DNA from: Chlorokybus atmophyticus
Taxonomy: Eukaryota > Plantae > Mesostigma and Chlorokybus algae
DNA: 64,000 bases
Assembly (NCBI GenBank): GCA_009103225.1
Contig: RHPI01002090.1
Span: 1,101,932 to 1,165,931, forward strand
Direction: 5' to 3'
The notes under the pieces were generated by a model. It was not told where the DNA came from. It did no database searches and saw nothing but the letters and a program-made list of their open reading frames with translations. How positions within the stretch are numbered: the stretch's first letter is position 1; every line of letters begins with the position of its first letter. This document shows positions 59,616 through 64,000 of this stretch, one piece after another. Made by a program: the position numbers and the translations under genes.

Positions 59616-62600
59616 TCATCTCTCCAAGTCGCCTGACTCTATTTTCTCCACAAGTTCCACCTATTGAGGCAGAAGTGGTCATTGACTATCAGTAGTAGAC
59701 ACGCTGGGGAAGAAACCCCAACTTACCCTTGTTTTGCGCTTCCAATTGTTGGTGTTGGCGACCAGATTAACTAGAGCGATGACCTGCAGCAGCACGCTAG
59801 GTCACCGGCCACACGTCGACCACATTGGCCATCGCGAACCAAACAAGGCTGGTCGTTGGGGCATTGCACTCATTGTGTTTTGGTTTACCTGTGCTTGTGT
59901 ATACTCTGGATGAATTCGTGCCCAATGCAAGAGCTCAGTGTCTGGCAAGTAGTAGGCCTTGATGTAGCTGTCTACCAACTGCATGTTTGGCTTTGTCTTC
60001 CCCGGTCGCATCTTCTGTAGCCCATTGATTAACACCTACAAGTTCAAGGTTGCCATCATACTCGTTCACAAAGGCCACCAGTCCGGTATATCAGTAATTA
60101 TTGTGGCAATACACCACTCAGCAAGACCGATTGCCTCCCGTAGCCAAAGCAGGCCTCGAATAATGCCATACCTGCAAGTCCAGTGACATGAGTGCACGTC
60201 CTTCATTGTTGCACTTTTTAACTCTTGAGTAGCCTTCCACCAGCACTTTGGCAGCTGCATGTGTTGCGTAATCCCACAGCAGCTGTGCATGCAAAGCAGG
60301 CAAGTTATCTATGTATGTGGTGCAGCAGCACAGGAACATGCACAAGCTCCAAACAACGCAGCTGACCTGCAAGATGTCACTGCTGAGTCCTGCACTGGAT
60401 GTCTTTGCCCCGAGCTGTGAGAAATCGCTGAGCATCGCATTGATGTAGGCACTATGCTCCATGCCAAGTTCTTTGGGCTCAAACTTGACCGAGGCTATGC
60501 GTTCAATGTTGGCATCAAAGCTAACCAGGCGCCTAGCAACAACTTTGAACATGTGCTCCTTCAGATCCTCCACTGCATCGACCTGCAGCAGGAGGTGGCA
60601 TCAAGAACATGCACAGCTTGAGTGCGTACTACAACACTTAGTAGTCAGCCTACCGTTCTGGAGAAGTACTGTTCCATGGCAGTTTGCGCAATTTGAGTAG
60701 GTAAAGTAGCTTGCAACTCAGCACGATGCCGCTTCAATTGTTGTGCAAGACACACCAATGACTCAGCCGCTACACATCGTTCCTGCAGACAGCACATGTG
60801 ATGTAATAATGACATTGCAGCTTGTGACACTGTCTGCAAAGGCTTGCAACACATTGTTGTGCCCAAGAGGACTGCCTGTGGTGACTGTTGACACTTACTT
60901 TAATGCCAAAAAGGTTGCCAGGATGGACGACTTTGTTGACGAGGCGGTGCAAAGGAAGCCCATTGTCAACATGTGTTCCATCTTGAAAGGCTGCACCAAA
61001 TAGAGATCCTGTGGAGCTGCCCATGGATCCGCCAGGGGGCATTCCAGTTGGGTTCAAAGTGGAAGCAATGCGTTGCAATGTGGACTTCAAACGGGGTGTG
61101 AGCACTGTGAGATGAAAGAATGGTTAGCAGTATGGCGTCAGTCATGCAATGGTGCCACAGCAGGGACACACACATGCTCCTGTGTAGGATTGCTGTTGTT
61201 GATTCTCTGGGGCAGTCAAAGCTTCCATAAAGCCGAATGTATTGAATGCCGCATAGAAGTAAAAGTCGAAGAGTTGACAAATCCCCTGATTGAGAGACGC
61301 ATTAGCCAGCAAACAAGTCTGAGCAAGGGCAGGTACTCAGCAGCAATAACGCGTACCGCGAAAATCTCTGCAGCCACTGGTGGCAGCTTCTGCATCAAGC
61401 GCATGTATCGATCCGTGTACCTGTGGGGCCGTACCCAAATGATACAACCGCAAACTGTGCCCGCAACCAACAAGTCAAGACAAATTATTTGCCATACCGC
61501 AATGCAGACAGAGCGGCTGACGTAAGTGCAGGGCCATCACTGCGACCGTCTTTGGCATTGCCATTCTCTGTCCCTTCCTTGGGATACTGCAGAAAAGCAA
61601 CAACGGATGGGCCAAATGGAATACCGCAACTCAACAAGAATGTCCCCCTAGCCTGTGGCAGTGCTTACCGTTATATCCTCCAACAACTCTGCATCGTCCT
61701 CCTCATCATCCATGGAAAAGTTTGGCTGCGTCTGCACGCCGTTCGCCTCAGGACTGCCTACGCCTTCAGTCTTCCACTTGGCTTCCGCAAACGGGTTTCC
61801 CACATTAAGCCATATGTCAAATGCTGCATCCTGTGCCAAAGTGTCTTGCAGTGATCTTCGCTGTGAAAGGGCTGCGCGCCGCTCCTGAACCGACTTGTGT
61901 ATCTTCAAGCTGCCTGGAGGCAGGCGTTGCCAGAGCTCATTGTCCAGGACCATGCGAAGCACCTGCAGCACGTACCTTGACATCAGTCTCAGGCTGCAAA
62001 AACAGTTAAGGCATAACCTGTGATGCTATTGTCGCACCACCAACCTCAATGTTCTGCCGATGATACGCTTCGAAGTAAACAAGGCTCTGTCTGGCCAGTT
62101 TTGTTCGCAGTCCCGGCACTTCAGTGCCACTAAATGCTTCTCCCACTCGGATGAACTGGCACAAGAATGCAAGTCAGAATCGTAGCAGTAATGCTAAGCA
62201 TTGCATAGATAAGGTGGCCCAAAAAGAAGCGTACAGACAACTGCAGTCAGGCTTGAACACGTAAGGGCGTAGTAGAGTTGCATGCATGCACGGTTTCTAC
62301 AAGATGCATGGCAGACCTTATTAGTCCAGTCCATGATTTGCAAGAAGTGTGCTCCAGTTGTGCCACCCATTGCATCAGCAGACAGCAGCACACCAATACG
62401 CCTTGCTGCCAGCTCCCATATCTGCAAGGGCGTATGGATCACGAAGCTGGCATGCAGCCATACTGAATGGAACGTATATGAAGATTTCAGCAGATCAGCG
62501 TTGACTGAATGGTGACCAGCATACCGCCTTTCGCCCACGCGTTAGCGACGCCAAAACTGCATTGCAAGTTTCCTGAACTTCATGCGCCATTGCTTCCTTC

Positions 62601-64000
62601 GGTTTGGTAGCAACGACTAGATTGCTGACATGGTTGACATTGGGGGTTGTTACATCATGCGGGAGACAGCCATTTGTATTGGGCGCGAGCACACGGCTCT
62701 CGTGGTACTTGGTCATTGCGTCATAGCTCTTCAGTAGCTCAAACAGGACCTGGTGGAGCAGATTGTGCTGAGCTACATGTCATGTGCACTTGGCACTCAA
62801 CCCCGCCATCTACTTGCCTCATAAGTTTTGGCCAGACAGGGACAGAAGAAGTCTCGAGGCAGATGGCCGCACAAATCATTGTAGTTGAGCCTGGGAGGAT
62901 TGCCCATAAGGGTCCATGTCAGCGCCAAACGTGGAGAGCACATAATGGCAAAACCAAAGTGCACAGCTATACCTGCTCTTCTTGTATGCTTCTGATTTTG
63001 GGTCTGCAAGTTTGGATGGATCCGCGTTCTGCCATACGACAGCAGCAAGGTCCATACGGTGACCATGCACATGGCCAGGCCAACAGCGGCATGCCTGTGC
63101 ACAAGAGGGAGAGCAAGTACTAACCTGCAAGGCGAATGCCCGCAAGACGTCATGCGTGTCTTGCACAATGCGCTGCTGAAAACAAGTCTGCACCTGTGGT
63201 TGAAACAGCCTGTCAGCCAATGTGCCAACATAGACCATCACCAGCATGCCAGACTGACCTTCTCTGCCAGGCCAATGTGATCCCCTATTGTAACATACAC
63301 ATCGACAACCTGCCAGCACAATGCTGTGAGCAGGCTAGGCAAGTCAACATGCACCACATGCATCGAGGCCAAACAAACAAGGCACCTTCATGTAAGCATG
63401 CGATTCAAACTGGGCGCACAAACCATACAAAGCTACGCCAGCTTTTGCAACAGCTTCATGCACCAAGTCCTGCACAATGCACGTGAAGTTAAGTGTCTGG
63501 AAAAATGCAGTATCAGCAAAGTTTGGTGCTTCGAATAGCCATCGAGAAGTTGGGCTTTACTGGCATGACTGCACATCAAACACACCAACTTGCAAGTTCT
63601 AAACCCAAGGCAACCGGCAGCGATGCAGGCTCCACATTACCTCCAATGAGGCCACGAGGTTCTGCACTGCTGTGACAGCAAAGCCGTCCACAGACGCCAC
63701 ACATTCCATGCACATGCGAACGGCCTGCAACGACATCATGTCACAGGTTGTGCCTCAGCGTATGCAGCACTGCAACTCGCGGGTCAAGCAACAGCACTGG
63801 TCACTTTGCTGGCAATGCACAAAGACGTACCTTGGCATATTTGCCGTCCTCAATAGTCTGCTTCACCGTAGCCTTGAGCTCGCACAGTGCTTTTATTTTG
63901 GCGATGACCTCAAGTATGTTCTGCGAAGATAATGTGGCAAGGTCCGTCAAAGAACCAACTGACAAAGACAAATCAATATTGAAAATAAGAAAATAGTATA
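59616..64000 (-). CDS. VPS50: VPS50/syndetin (EARP complex subunit); 5' end lies outside the window
   Basis: EGYSRVKKCNNEGRALMSLDLQ; VDSYIKAYYLP...WARIHPEY; VLDNELWQRLP; last exon VELVEKIESGDLER*. Confidence 0.88.

Noticed and set aside
40675-64000. Apparent cluster of endomembrane genes (VHA-F, USO1, NHX, VPS50)
   Set aside because: Common housekeeping classes interspersed with unrelated genes; no evidence of a functional cluster without synteny data.
1-64000. CRISPR arrays, rRNA or tRNA genes
   Set aside because: No repeat-spacer array or recognisable structural RNA gene was seen; the only tRNA-related sequence is the PBS.

Overview
Eukaryotic, intron-rich genomic DNA, most likely a green alga. 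This is inferred from short GT-AG introns, plastid-type transit peptides, a plant-type NHX and a plant-type CD2BP2. The window has three N gaps (6556-6871, 10168-11059, 49657-49978) and a single N at 31160, and most entries in the ORF track are intronic or antisense noise. Host genes, left to right: a LarC-like exon running off the left edge, a coiled-coil protein, a DCC1-like thiol-disulfide oxidoreductase, a PNGase A-like protein, an orphan PWWP exon, a GH16 glucanase with an X8 module, mitochondrial uL15, V-ATPase subunit F, USO1/p115, an NHX antiporter, CD2BP2/LIN1, an unknown plastid-type protein and VPS50. The stretch from about 8.5 to 32.3 kb is transposon-rich. It holds a young full-length Ty3/Gypsy element (11413-17750, TSD AATGC), a 645-bp MITE, a decayed hAT, a decayed CRE-like non-LTR element and a 1.24-kb near-perfect palindrome carrying a second CRE-like 3' end. 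The Gypsy element is the most unusual object. Its gag and pol are in one frame separated by a single TAG, a probable degenerate adenine-methyltransferase-like domain follows that stop, and the integrase ends abruptly at the PPT. All family assignments come from manual motif recognition; no database searches were run.
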